NCBI RefSeq assembly: GCF_000181795.1
Contig: NW_003526943.1
Coordinates: 932,487-996,486 of the forward strand
Length of the DNA stretch: 64,000 nucleotides
DNA from: Trichinella spiralis
Lineage: Eukaryota
Direction: 5' to 3'
Shown: piece after piece, positions 30,801 to 42,405 of the stretch
How the letters are laid out: each line of letters opens with the position of its first letter
Numbering within the stretch: position 1 is the first letter of the stretch
Translations under genes and position numbers: made by a program
Notes under the pieces: generated by a model
What the model was told of the DNA's origin: nothing
Databases searched by the model: none
The model's input: the letters and a program-made list of their open reading frames with translations, nothing else

Positions 30801-33800
30801 ATTAGAAAACAAATAAATCTTGAAGCTTTTTGTTTTGTCATGTTATTCAAGGTGAATTAATTTAAACTTTAAATATTCTGGACAGGTTTCAATATTGTTG
30901 TTTTTTCTTATAACTATACAAACCGTACTCTGAATTCTTTTTCACCAACTAGCCAACTATTGCTAATAATAATTGCATTATTATTAAGAAAAAATCTGTA
31001 GCTTTTCTTATTTGTAACAGTTTTTCGGCAGTTGTATTATATAGGATATAGCAATGAACAAAAACAAAGCATTTTTTTCAAAAAAAATATCTATTCTATT
31101 ATTAAAGCAGAAGAAAAAGCATCTCTCTGATATTGATTTACACATGAATGAAGATAATGAAATTTCGCTCTCTTTTTCTCTTTTTATTCGTAATATAAAT
31201 TATAATGTTCTCTTTTTGTTGCTTAATTGTTTATGCGAAATTTTTTAAAGATTTAATTATTTAAATACATCAAATAAGTAAGTAATTTTTGCATTACTTG
31301 AAATAAGCATCAAAAAAATGTTTCAGTACTGAAGTTATAGTCAATTTTAAAATGTTCTCTTTTAAGAAAGTACCGTTTGTGAGTACGAAAAAATTAAAAA
31401 AGAAAGGGAAGAACTCTGCAAGCAACATGCTAAAACGATTGATGAATTGAATGAAAAGCATGAAGAAGCTATTCGATGCTTAGAAATTGCCTTAAAACAA
31501 GAACATGACCAACATTTAAAGCAAAGTGAGTTAGCACACGTATTTTAATTGATGTTTAAAAGTGCACACCTGTTGAAATTGCATTGCTTGAAATGCTTTA
31601 ATGCAATTTATTTATACAGCTGTTCTGTTCTGTAACTCAAAATTTTGGTAAAGAGTTTTTAAACATTGGTATAATAGTGAAAGTTTTCTAAAATCAATTG
31701 CATAATGAAAACTTTATATGATTTCTTTTTAAAAAAATTAATCGAAACATGTATAATGATGCTTTTAGTTTGTGAAGACAATGAAAAAATTTTGGATAAG
31801 CTAAGAAGTACTTTTGATGAAAAGGTAAGTAATAAGGTTTTTAACTTAATTTCAAATATTCTTAACACCGTTTATTTTGAAATAAATGCTATTAGTAGAT
31901 ATACTTTTTTACTGATTATTATTATAAGACAGTCTTTCTTAAAATGAAACTTGTTGTGAACATTAAATAATAACAAGAAATGAATACTGTATAGACGAAG
32001 ACGAATTTGTTGCCGGACATGAGGATAGCTGTTAAAATGAACATATTTGACGATGTGCAGAAAAAAATTTTTTATTTTTAAAATTTGTGTTCTTAAAATA
32101 ATTTCTATGCATTTAAACGTGCATTTCAATTTTGTTTACTGTCATGTATTAAAAAAATATTTTTCCTCAAAACCCAACATATTGTTTTGATTAAAACGGG
32201 GGTTAACTGTTCGTTAAACGCATCTTCGTCATCTGTCGGTATTCCTGAAAGGTAAATCTTTAATACGACTCTTTGAGTTGTATTGAATTTTTGTCTTGGA
32301 AATCCTTTGTGGATTTCCGTTATTTACCCCATTTTAAGGAAGATACGTGTGGTATATATACTGTACGGGTATTATATACTGCATGGATCTTATGCACGAA
32401 TGCAGTCGTGATCTTTTTACAAATATTTTTCACAATTATGTTGAATTTTTGTTGTGGAAATCCCTTGTGGATTTCTACATTATTTTATGTTATTTTTACA
32501 TTATTTTTTTGTATTTTTTTACTAGTATTAACTGCAGGGATCTTATGGAGAATACTAGCACATTTTTATTTTTGATAATTGCATTCATTTTTCTGTTGGA
32601 AATCCGTTGTGGATTTTTGCATTATTTTTTTAACATTATTAACTACAAGGATCTTGTGGAGAATACTAGGACAGATTTTTATTCTTAAATGTTTTTGACA
32701 GTTACGTTGAATTTTTATCGTGGAAATCTCTTATGGATTTCTACATTATTTTATTTTATTTTATTTTATTTTTACATTATTTTTTAATAATATTAACTGC
32801 AAGGATCTTATAGCGAATATTAGCACAATTTTATTTTTGATTACTGCATGAATTTTTGTGTTGGAAATCCCTTGTGGATTTCCATTTTTTTTTATATAAT
32901 TTTTTTTTAATAATATTAACTGCATGGATCTTATGGAGCATATTAGCAGAGATTTTTTCTTAAATTATTTTAAACGATAAATTATTGATTTATAAACAAA
33001 ATATTTATTTATTTTTAAATATTTTTGATAATTGCCTAGGATGTTATCAAGATTACTTTTCTTGCCCCATAGCTTAATAAACCATAATAAACGAATTTCA
33101 ATTTCAGTGCAATAGTTATTGGTTGTACATAATGGAACGTGGATGCGTTGAATGTTGTTTGCTTGTTGTCGGCATATTTATGTTATTTATTTGTTTTATT
33201 GTTCAATATTTCAGATTAAAACTAAAGATGTGAAAATGAAATCGGAAAAATGTCAAATAGAAGTATGTCAGCTGGATCATCAATCACCAGTGCAAAGTGT
33301 AGGCAGAAAAGAACAAGTCTGTGTTTTTCATGCAATTAGTGGTATAAATTTCGCTTGTATATTATTGTACTTTAATTTAGGTGGTGATTGCTGACGTGCG
33401 ATATGTCAACCATGAGAAAGAGATTGACAGTCTGAGGGCTGTTTTGGAAATGAAAAGTGAAGAAAATAGAGAACTGAGATCTCGTCTGGCCGAACGTGAA
33501 AAAGAGGTACCTTTTTTTTTTATTAAATTCCATTATATTATAATTATTTTCGTAAATATATTGCGTATTTGCAATTTTCAGATAGAAGAAGCGATGAAAA
33601 TGAAGTCTCGTGTGATTTTATTGGATCAAAAAAATGCTGAACTCAAAGAAGCTTTGGAATTGAAGAAGACTACTGAAAAGTATTTATTCTTTTTGAATTA
33701 TTTATTCTACATGCATGTTAATGAAATAGAATTAATTTTAAAACGATTTATTACTTACCAACTATACAAGTTATTAATATGTTGAATGGAAAAATTATGC

Positions 33801-34766
33801 ATAATTTTATGTATTTTTTGTTGCAGAAGACTTTCTCAACGTCATCATGATTTGGTGCGATCTTGTGAACGTGAAAAGGAAAATTCACGTCGACTGCAAA
33901 TGGACAAGGAGCAGTTGCAGTTTCAGTTGGAACGTGTTCTAATGTCCCAATCGGCTTACGATACACCGATAAGTCGTTTATGCTCTTCCAGTGAATCCAC
34001 AACGCCCAATGTGCAAGACGAGTTGCAGCAGAATTCAATGTCCCAGTCGTTGATTCAAATTTACGCCGACTGTAGTCCTCGTTATTCAAAAGAGCTACCT
34101 GTCACTTTTTACAGTAATGAAGGTGTAGAAAAGAAAATTTTAGAAAATGACCAGAAGAGGTATTTTTCATTGGAATTTCAACAAAACAAACAAAAAACCA
34201 CTTCAGAATATGCAAATTTAGTTTCCAATCAAAATATATGCTTTTTTTTTCTTATTTTCAGATGTAGCAGTATGAGAACATCAGCGAATAGAGGAGAAAA
34301 GATTGGTAGAAAGCTGACTACCACCAGTGCTAGAAGTCGACATTTCTCGAACAGCAGTGACGCTAGTGATGCAGATGAGGCCTTTAAGCATCGTCGCCGC
34401 GTGCAGTCGGATTGTGAAATGGTTGAAAAAGAGAACCAAAGAGTGTTGCCAAATTGTACGGGTAGAGGCGATTTGCCGGCAAGCGAGTCGAGCAATGCAG
34501 ACAGCATGCTGATGACGGTCGACTGTACCGATTCCCCCCGACGTTGTTCCCACGCTGAAAAGCGTTGTCAGTTGGCTGGTTCGACAGATTATTGCAAAGG
34601 TGATAATTGCATGCAGAAAGCAGCAGTGAGCTGTATCGATTCTGGAATATTCACTGCATCTTATCATTCAGACATTTTTGACACTTCGCCTGCCGTATCC
34701 GGCACGGAACAGACGTCCAAGCATGTTGGTGGTCAAGTTGGCGGTGATTTTGCTGAGCAAAGCTAA
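24844..34766 (+). CDS. CAP-Gly domain, Ser-rich and coiled-coil microtubule-associated protein with MTUS1/2/Toucan-like C-terminus; multi-exon, first coding exon lies upstream and is uncertain
   Basis: Exon 24844-26146 contains a CAP-Gly domain (IGNRVRV...GWLRYIG...GFYCGIELDEPIGSHDGALNGIRYF...AIFAP). Phase-compatible exons follow at about 27468-27554, 27778-27877 and 30221-30480. Further exons near 29860-30097, 30546-30615, 31367-31526, 33381-33507, 33582-33679, 33828-34159 and 34262-34766 are approximate. Coiled-coil motifs GFLALSVTFNH, EKEIDSLRAVLEMK and EREKENSRRLQMDKEQLQFQL. Confidence 0.7.
32285..32975. repeat. Degenerate tandem array of 5 units (about 124-158 bp), each carrying a GGAAATCC-N5-GGATTTCC inverted repeat
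   Basis: Inverted-repeat cores start at 32298, 32456, 32598, 32722 and 32863. A second motif, TATTAACTGCAnGGATCTTATGGAGAATAyTAGCA, recurs at about 32375, 32526, 32637, 32791 and 32914. Confidence 0.9.
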
Positions 34767-35900
34767 ATAAACTCTTTACCCCTAATCAAGCACCAATTTT
34801 TACCCGTCAAAAACAAACTTTGCCTGTTGTGTTATTCTTTTTCATAATATAAATTGTAGTCAGTATTAAAATTTTTACCTCTTATTTTTTGTTTTCTTTT
34901 TTAAAAATTATTTCAATAATTTTATTCCACTTTAAAGATTTATAAATACTACTTGTATGATATTTACAAAAATTGTTTACAATAAATAAGTAATATCATC
35001 CACATAACTGATCTGTTTTACTTGACTGGTAAATTTATTATTTTCATCATTATAAGCTAAACAATGGCTCGAAGAATTTTTTTGACAAACTTCCATGTGA
35101 ATTCAACTTTGCATTTGACGAAAGCAATTGTAATCTATATTTTTCTCATCTACATACACTAGTTCATGGTAAAACTTTCAAACTTCTGAACTTGATGAAC
35201 CTACAGCAAATTAACTATTATTCCATTTGACACATTAAACCAATAAACTGAATAATCGTTATTGTGAAAAAAGTAGAATTTTATTTTCCTAAATTTCGTC
35301 ACAAGTCAACGACGTACAACCATTTTTTCTTCTACTACTTCTGTATTTGACAGAATTGACAGTTTAATGCTTTTAGCATACAATGCAAATGCAAAACGGA
35401 TCATTATTATTTCAAATGTGCAAGAAATTATTAATTAGTTTGAATTCAAAACTGATGCATGAAACAACTAATATATACATAAGCATTCCAGTTTATTTAA
35501 TATATTGTGCAACAGTATCACAACTACCTTATAATGAATGATGTGTAGTTGAAGTTAATTCGCAATTTAATATTTTCTTCGAACAACTTTTATTTTTTAA
35601 ATTAAAAATTTTAAACTTTGAAAAAGTTAGGCAATTGACAAAAGACAGTTGTCAAAAATCAGTTATACACAATGAAAAAGACTAAACAGAATATGCAAAG
35701 ATCATCATTGTAAAAGAGACAACAAAAAAGATGTTTCTGAACTGCACATCAAGTCGATGCAAAAAGTTTTTATAGAACAATAACTAACTGATTACAAGAG
35801 TTTAAACTCAATTAAATTTGCAGAGTTGAACGCAACTAAAACGAATACTTTATCTTTGGTAAAAGATCCCGTTTGGAGAATTTAAAATCAAAACAACATA

Positions 35901-37493
35901 TTAAAACACATCAGCGGTGCGAATTTCAGGCAATTTAATACCGAATTCTTCGAGGATATGTTGGTCGAATTGAAAGTCCAGATCCACTTTCAGAGAATTG
36001 CCTACCACGTTTATCTGAGCTCGGCCCAACGACAAGCCATTTTGTTTAGGCAAATTGAGACCATTCGAGGAAACTTCGTCACTTAACTGCTGCAAAACAG
36101 TCTGCGTAATGGAACTAACAAAATCCAACTCCATGTTTCCAAGTTTGTAAATACTGTTCGGATGATTTGAGATTTGTACTTTAGTAATGTTTAGCTTTCC
36201 AAATATTGAACTTCCATCCAAAACTTGAAGGCGCATATAGCCTACAGTAGTTCCTGTGAAATGAAACAGAGGACCATGCTTGTTGGAGTGCAATGTTGCT
36301 TTGTTGTAAGATATAAATTTTGCTAATCCATCTTGAAAAAGCATTTCAGGCGGCTTTTCGGCAGTAATGAAAATTTCAAATTCTTCATCTTCACTCACAT
36401 CTGGAACACCTGCCGAAGACACAACATCTCCCAAACACATGCCGAGATAGCAGTTCGACGACATCAGTTGACTCAAATGTGGAACCGTATTTTTGTTTAC
36501 AGTGGCGTCAAAGGCACCTTTTTTCCACAGCGCATACAACAAAGAATTTATGACATACTCTGAAATGAACACATTCAACATACGGTCGTTCATTTCGAGT
36601 GAAGTGATGATCTGATTGGGTGAAAACGGAGTTCCACCGCTCCCTTGCCAAGAGATTTCACCACTGTGCATAGTGATGATTGCATTTTGGTGCAAATACG
36701 GCTCTCGAACCAAGCCGTAGTCTAACATCATACCTTCAATCAGTGAACGTTTCGAATTCCAAAGTGATCCATTAGATTGAACATTCATTTCAGGTATTAT
36801 TAAATTAACCTTGTTAGCCATGTTCATCAGTTGTTCGTTGAACGGTCCGTCGATCAGATGCTTCACCTGGGTGCATATTCTGCGTTGAACGGTGTCCTGA
36901 ATAAGTTTGTTGAATGCACTGCCAATGCTGTTCACAAGCTTCTCAAAGGAATAGGCATGGACTGCGTTGACGCGGAAAGATTCAGATGTAGCGACGCAAT
37001 TTCCGGTCTTCAGCTGAATTCCTTTTCCATTTCGTGCCCTGTACAGTTCAACGTCCAACAGTACTTGCAATGATTTTACATAACAAACCACTGATGCCCC
37101 CTGATCGTTCGGCGTTAAAAAGCTGAGCAAATTCCATCGTTCACTCAACTGTACAGCCATGTCCATATTAGTGACTGCTAGGCGTAATGAAGAAGGAGAG
37201 AGGACTGAAAAATCAAACTTACTGGCAGGACTGAGGTGAATCAGTCGAGCGTCGATTAATGGCAATTTCACCAACATCATGCTTTTTAAAGCTGCATTCC
37301 AGTCGATCAGTGCCATCTGACTGCGAAATATATCTAAAGCTTGTCGTTTAACGTAATCAATTCCAAGACGATTGATGCGCATCACAATTCCTGGATTCTT
37401 CTGCTCATCATTTTTAACTGCCAAAACAGCATTATTTTTGTAATCATATATAGTAATAATAATAATGAAATAATGAAGCAATGAAAACTTCAT
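35901..37493 (-). CDS. Secreted BPI/LBP/CETP-family lipid-binding protein, intronless, 530 aa
   Basis: Signal peptide; NPGIVMRINRLGIDY N-terminal motif; conserved Cys pair (GNC...RIC); LDYGLVREP; RMLNVFISEYVINSLLY; GLNLP near the C-terminus. Confidence 0.88.
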   Translation of the reverse strand: MKFSLLHYFIIIITIYDYKNNAVLAVKNDEQKNPGIVMRINRLGIDYVKRQALDIFRSQMALIDWNAALKSMMLVKLPLIDARLIHLSPASKFDFSVLSPSSLRLAVTNMDMAVQLSERWNLLSFLTPNDQGASVVCYVKSLQVLLDVELYRARNGKGIQLKTGNCVATSESFRVNAVHAYSFEKLVNSIGSAFNKLIQDTVQRRICTQVKHLIDGPFNEQLMNMANKVNLIIPEMNVQSNGSLWNSKRSLIEGMMLDYGLVREPYLHQNAIITMHSGEISWQGSGGTPFSPNQIITSLEMNDRMLNVFISEYVINSLLYALWKKGAFDATVNKNTVPHLSQLMSSNCYLGMCLGDVVSSAGVPDVSEDEEFEIFITAEKPPEMLFQDGLAKFISYNKATLHSNKHGPLFHFTGTTVGYMRLQVLDGSSIFGKLNITKVQISNHPNSIYKLGNMELDFVSSITQTVLQQLSDEVSSNGLNLPKQNGLSLGRAQINVVGNSLKVDLDFQFDQHILEEFGIKLPEIRTADVF

Positions 37494-38182
37494 TTCTCAA
37501 TTTTCAATCTTTTCTTCTGTATATTTTCGGCAGTCGTATATTTCAGTAATAAATATTCAGAACAGAAATTGGCCACAAAATATAGAAGCTATTGGGAAGT
37601 CACTGGCGGTGTCAGTTTCTTGTGACGTATTCAGAGCAAAGAACAAGGTTACGCAATACAGCAACAGTCTGTCCCATCGCATAGAAATATTGCGTTCCAA
37701 ATTTGTTTTTTTTTATTTTTTTATAATGTGTAAGCTGAATATTGCATTGCTTTTAAGCTAACAAATTTTGCATTAGTTGATCATTAAAGCAAATGTCTTG
37801 TAGCATCGTGTAAATCTCTGTTCAACATTCTGTTCTCAAATGCACATCTTATGCAACAATGATTGATCACAGTGAAACAATAACAACTTTTGTCGTTCCA
37901 AAAAGCTCAAATTATCATTATAAAATAATAATTCTTTCACTGCTGATAGTGTTCTATTGCAAATTAATAATTCAGTACAATGTGTGTTGTGATACAATGA
38001 ATAAATCGCAATAATGTTCAAATGTCACGATTTAAAAAAGCTGAAATTAAATTAACTTACTCAAATAAATACAAATGTCAAAGTAATATTTTATTTTAAA
38101 TAATAAGTAGCAAAACACAATTACAAATTCAAATGAAAAAAATTTTTCGTTTCACTCTTCATGAAGCTCATGTGATTAATGC

Positions 38183-39540
38183 TCATTCTTGTGATGATGA
38201 TTCTTCACTGGGTGAACATTCCTCAGGAGCACACTAAAATGCAAAAATATTTCAGTTTGTTTAAAAAGTTTTTCGTTAATTATTAAATAAATAAAGTAAT
38301 TAATTATTGAATTATTGCAAACAAAAAGTATTTTATAATTGCTCCAATTTTCTTACAAAAAACTCTATAAAACTAGTCTCGCCATTAAAATCGATCATGT
38401 ATTGGATAGATAAAAACCCTTTGTTATCTAATCGAATTGAAACTTTGTTAGCCAACTGCAATGCTTTCACTGCCGGCTTCAGTAAACTCATGCGAAATCT
38501 GCAACAAGACAAAAATTGTACACCTACTTTTCACAACCTTACTGTAAAAGAAAACGTTATTTCAATTAGTTGTGAAATTACTTTCGATGTTGTGATTCAC
38601 TGCAAGAAAATACTTCTATGACATCTGAATTGCGTGGAAATTCTGTCTAAAAATTAAAAAATCAAGAATTAAATTAAACCAAGAAAAAGTTCTCTAGTTG
38701 TACTTTCACATCTCCGGTTGGACCAGTGGCTGCAATGGTGAATCCTTTACCCGCATCGATTTTCAATTCCAAATACTCAGAACTACTGTCTACGTCAAGA
38801 AACGCATCTCGGAGAAAATCAGGCTGAATTGCAAACGCATATTACAAAGAAATGTCTGAAATGATGACAAATTGAATACCTTCATGATTACTTTACAAGT
38901 TATTTTATCAGTTGAAAAATCAAATTCAACATAATCTTCTGGTCTTAACGTTTTAATTCTGCAGTCAGTAACGACACCACATTCTTCTAGTCTAAATCGG
39001 CAGTCAACTTGAAATTAGTAAAATATAAATGTAGATAAAAAAACATTTACATGAGTCGCAGAGGTGCACCATCTCGCATGTAGGAAAGTTCCAATCGTGG
39101 ACCGTTGCCACTAGTTGAAGAGCCAAGAAAATTCAAACATTCCTTAAAAGGCTGCTTAAATTTGAAAAACCAAAAAGATATGTGAAAACGATTTACACAA
39201 AGCATCGGCAACTTGATTCGAAAGTCGATACCGCTTCCAACCAAAACGTAATCGTTGAACATCGCCCGTTGCACAAATACATTCGCTTGAACATACTGAT
39301 AATCTTCAACTGTGATTTTCATTCCATTTTCAGTGAAGAAAACTGTCCCAGTCTTACACCATTCAAGTAAATTGTACATTATTTTACAAGCAGATTAATT
39401 TATAAACACAGCAACAGTTGACTTACATCACGAAACATCACTGCCTTAATCATACTATGGATTGCCCGTGTAAAATCAGTGTCGCCTCGAAACAAAGCAG
39501 AATTATTGTAGTCGGCATTAAAAGAGCTCGATGTTTCCAT
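38183..39540 (-). CDS. RAD1: Cell-cycle checkpoint protein RAD1 (9-1-1 clamp subunit; mrt-2 in C. elegans), multi-exon
   Basis: ATG at 39540. Motifs IKAVMFRD, ENGMKITVED..YVQANVFVQRAMF, ECLNFLG, GAPLRL.LEECGVVTDCRIKT, FLRDAFLDVD, AATGPTG, LLKPAVKALQLANKVSIRLDNKGFLSIQYMI...FIEFFC. Stop at 38183-38185. Confidence 0.92.
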
Positions 39541-39926
39541 AGCACAATTGCTGATCAAACAAATATATTTGAAAAATAATTTTCTCGCTCGTATTACCGT
39601 AAGTACAAATGATAGACACGTAAAAAGTATACTAGAACATTAACAATTCAAAAAATTTATTTTCAATGTTTACTGGGCCATTGTATCGAGTAAAATATAA
39701 ATGACATTTGTATATTATATATGAAATGAGATTAAATAGGAAAAATAAGCCGCATGAAAAAAATGCGGCAAACACAAAACATTAAAAAGTGTATAATAAT
39801 AAATATCAAATGAAATGCTGATAAAACAATTTCATAAAAGATGAGTTTTAAAAGTGGATGGCAAAGTGAAACTTTGAAATAAGTAAATAAGTGCCACAAT
39901 CACATCATTCGGATTTCATGCTTTGA

Positions 39927-40271
39927 TCAGAAAGCGGTTGGCTTTTTACCAGACGACATTTCTACAAAAATGATCAAATAACAAATTTGGTAATTGAAAT
40001 AAAAAAATTAACATACACGAGATTTAGACTCCTTCTTATCGTTATTCTCTGACTGCTCTGGTGGCACTTCAGCCGCTTCATTTGCAAAGCGCAACGACCG
40101 GCGAACTGGCAGCACTCGAGTAGTATTCTTAACGTTCAAAAGAGCAAGTCGACTTTTGCTGTGCTTTTTTCGTGGAAGACGTCGATTCATATTCGGGTCA
40201 ATATTCTCCTTGTCCGCCTGGAGAATTTCACTAGGCTTAGTCGGTGAAGTATAAATGACCCGCTTGCTCAT
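39927..40271 (-). CDS. Small basic, disordered protein with KEN box and D box (about 95-120 aa; start could be 40271 or 40366)
   Basis: GC-richer exon encoding MSKRVIYTSPTKPSEILQADKENIDPNMNRR...KSRLALLNVKN...RRSLRF. Donor GTATGT near 40017 and acceptor TTTTGTAG near 39962 lead to a last exon (Q)MSSGKKPTAF*. Confidence 0.6.
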
Positions 40272-42405
40272 TTCACAAATCCCGCGCACTTTTGTATCTT
40301 TTCAAATCTGAGTGTCCTCACAAGCAAACCTAAAGCCGTTCTGAATGCAGCGGTTGTTGGCGTCATATAATTGAACCTAATTTTCATTATTTTGAATCTG
40401 ACATTTCATTCACGTCACAAATAATAATACTTAAACTCTTTGTTTGCTGTTTGGTTTCATTAAATTTTAATACTTTTTAAAGATTATAAATTATTTTAGG
40501 AATTAAATCCAATAAATATGCCTAAATTAAAAGAATCTTAAAAACCATCTGTAGTACAAAAATTTTTTCCAGATAAAAATAATAATTGTGTAGTTTATAA
40601 ATGAATCAATTTTTACATTTAACAAAAACTTGAATCACTTTATAGTGAAAAAATCTTTCCAAGTGGACCAGTTATTTATTTATTTTTCATTTCGAATTTA
40701 AAATTTTCGTCTAAAATAAAGATGGTCAGGTTCAATTTTATTCCACTTTATTGCAGACGCAGAAGTAGGTCAACAACAGTTTACCAGATCTGGCAAATCA
40801 AATATCACCAATTAGTGAACGGTCTGATGAAATTGATTTTTTAATTAGTTAAAAATAAATTAGCAGATTTATTTTCAAGGGCACCAGAATGTTTGTCTTA
40901 TATATGCAGTCAGAAATATTTAGTAAAAACTCAGAATTTTACTTGTATAAACTATGTGAAAATTATTGTTATCATTGATAAAATATTATTTAAAAACGTA
41001 AAAAGTGGAAATTTATAAAACAGTATCTAAACTTTTATTCCTAATTCGTTATCAAAGTGACACTGCTATTTATTTTAACTTCCATTAACGTTCCTGACAG
41101 TATTACTGTACATACTTTTGAAATTGTATTTCTTCTTCATTTTATTTTTTTAACCATTATTAATACATTTGAAATGACAGCTACTATTTGTCTATAATTT
41201 CATATCTACATGAACAGATGTTGAAATACGCTGTAAATTCACAAATATGCTATAAATTAGTGAGTGATGTAAAGATTTCTCACTAAACACTGAACAGCAA
41301 ACCAGTCTAACACTGAGAGTGTATATTTTTAAGCCATAAAAATTTGTACATTCTCCATAACAAATTTAAAATATATTGCTTTGACCAAAAAATCATGTAC
41401 TCTGAATGCGAAGTGACAAACAAAACGCAATACAACTTGGTAGTTGAGGAAATAATTTTTTTCAATTTTACTTAATTGGCTTGAAAAGATTGCTCAATTA
41501 AAACGTCAACAGCAATTTAATACATGCTTTTCGGCGAAGGTACACGACTTCAAAATCTGATAATATTCATTGTGATGATCATTGAAATGAAAGTCACGTA
41601 TTTCTGTTTTGTAGTAAAATGACAGTTAGTTAACTGTGAACTGTAACTGTATACTGAACTGTAAAAGTAATGATGACTGTGATTCAAACAATTATCATTC
41701 AAGACTGTGGTGATGGTATTCGGTCTGTGAAATTTTTTGTTACCCATAAATGCTTTTGAACAGTTGCTATATTGAAAGAAATTTTGTTGATGCTTTTGCA
41801 GACAAATAATTAATATTCTAATCGAACAGTATCACAATTTGAGAATTTCAGTAACTGGAAAAAGTAAAGCAGCAATTAACATAACTTGATTATTATGACG
41901 AATGGAACAATTCAATTTCTTTCCAGGGCTTATTTTCCATACTTCACTAATTTATCATGTTCATTTAAAATTATCTGTTTAGTGTCAAAATGCTCTCCTA
42001 TGAAAAATAAAATTTCATACATCACAGCATACATACTCATAATACTGATGTTAAAAACTTATTTTATTCAGCTCTTACTTTCAAAAACCGATTCATGGAA
42101 CACATTCAATAATTCAGTAAGTTTTTTTCAAAAATATTCAGTAATGTTTACTTCAAAAGAAAATAAACGACAAAAGTATTAAGCACGTAATCTACAACAA
42201 GCGTTTTTGCAACAAACAGCAAACAAAAATATAAATTTTATAAACTTAACATACATAAACTGTTCAGCATATTGCTCTCACCAGTGACGCAGTGATTTTC
42301 ACAACCTATAAAAAACATATTCTCATAGCAAATGCTTATCAAAATGCAGGCTTTTCAATTCCACGATTAGTCATAAGCGACACTACGCCAATGGTAAAAT
42401 ATATT

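Noticed and set aside
32273..32688. Hydrophobic membrane-like ORFs; array resembling CRISPR or NF-kB sites
   Set aside because: The ORFs are translations of a T-rich repeat. The inter-repeat sequences are homologous rather than unique spacers, there are no cas genes and the context is eukaryotic. The kB-site resemblance is unsupported because nematodes are not known to have NF-kB.
41260..41730. TGATGA/CTGA motifs suggesting C/D snoRNAs
   Set aside because: Boxes are imperfect or badly spaced, with no terminal stem or recognisable rRNA guide. Expected by chance in AT-rich DNA.
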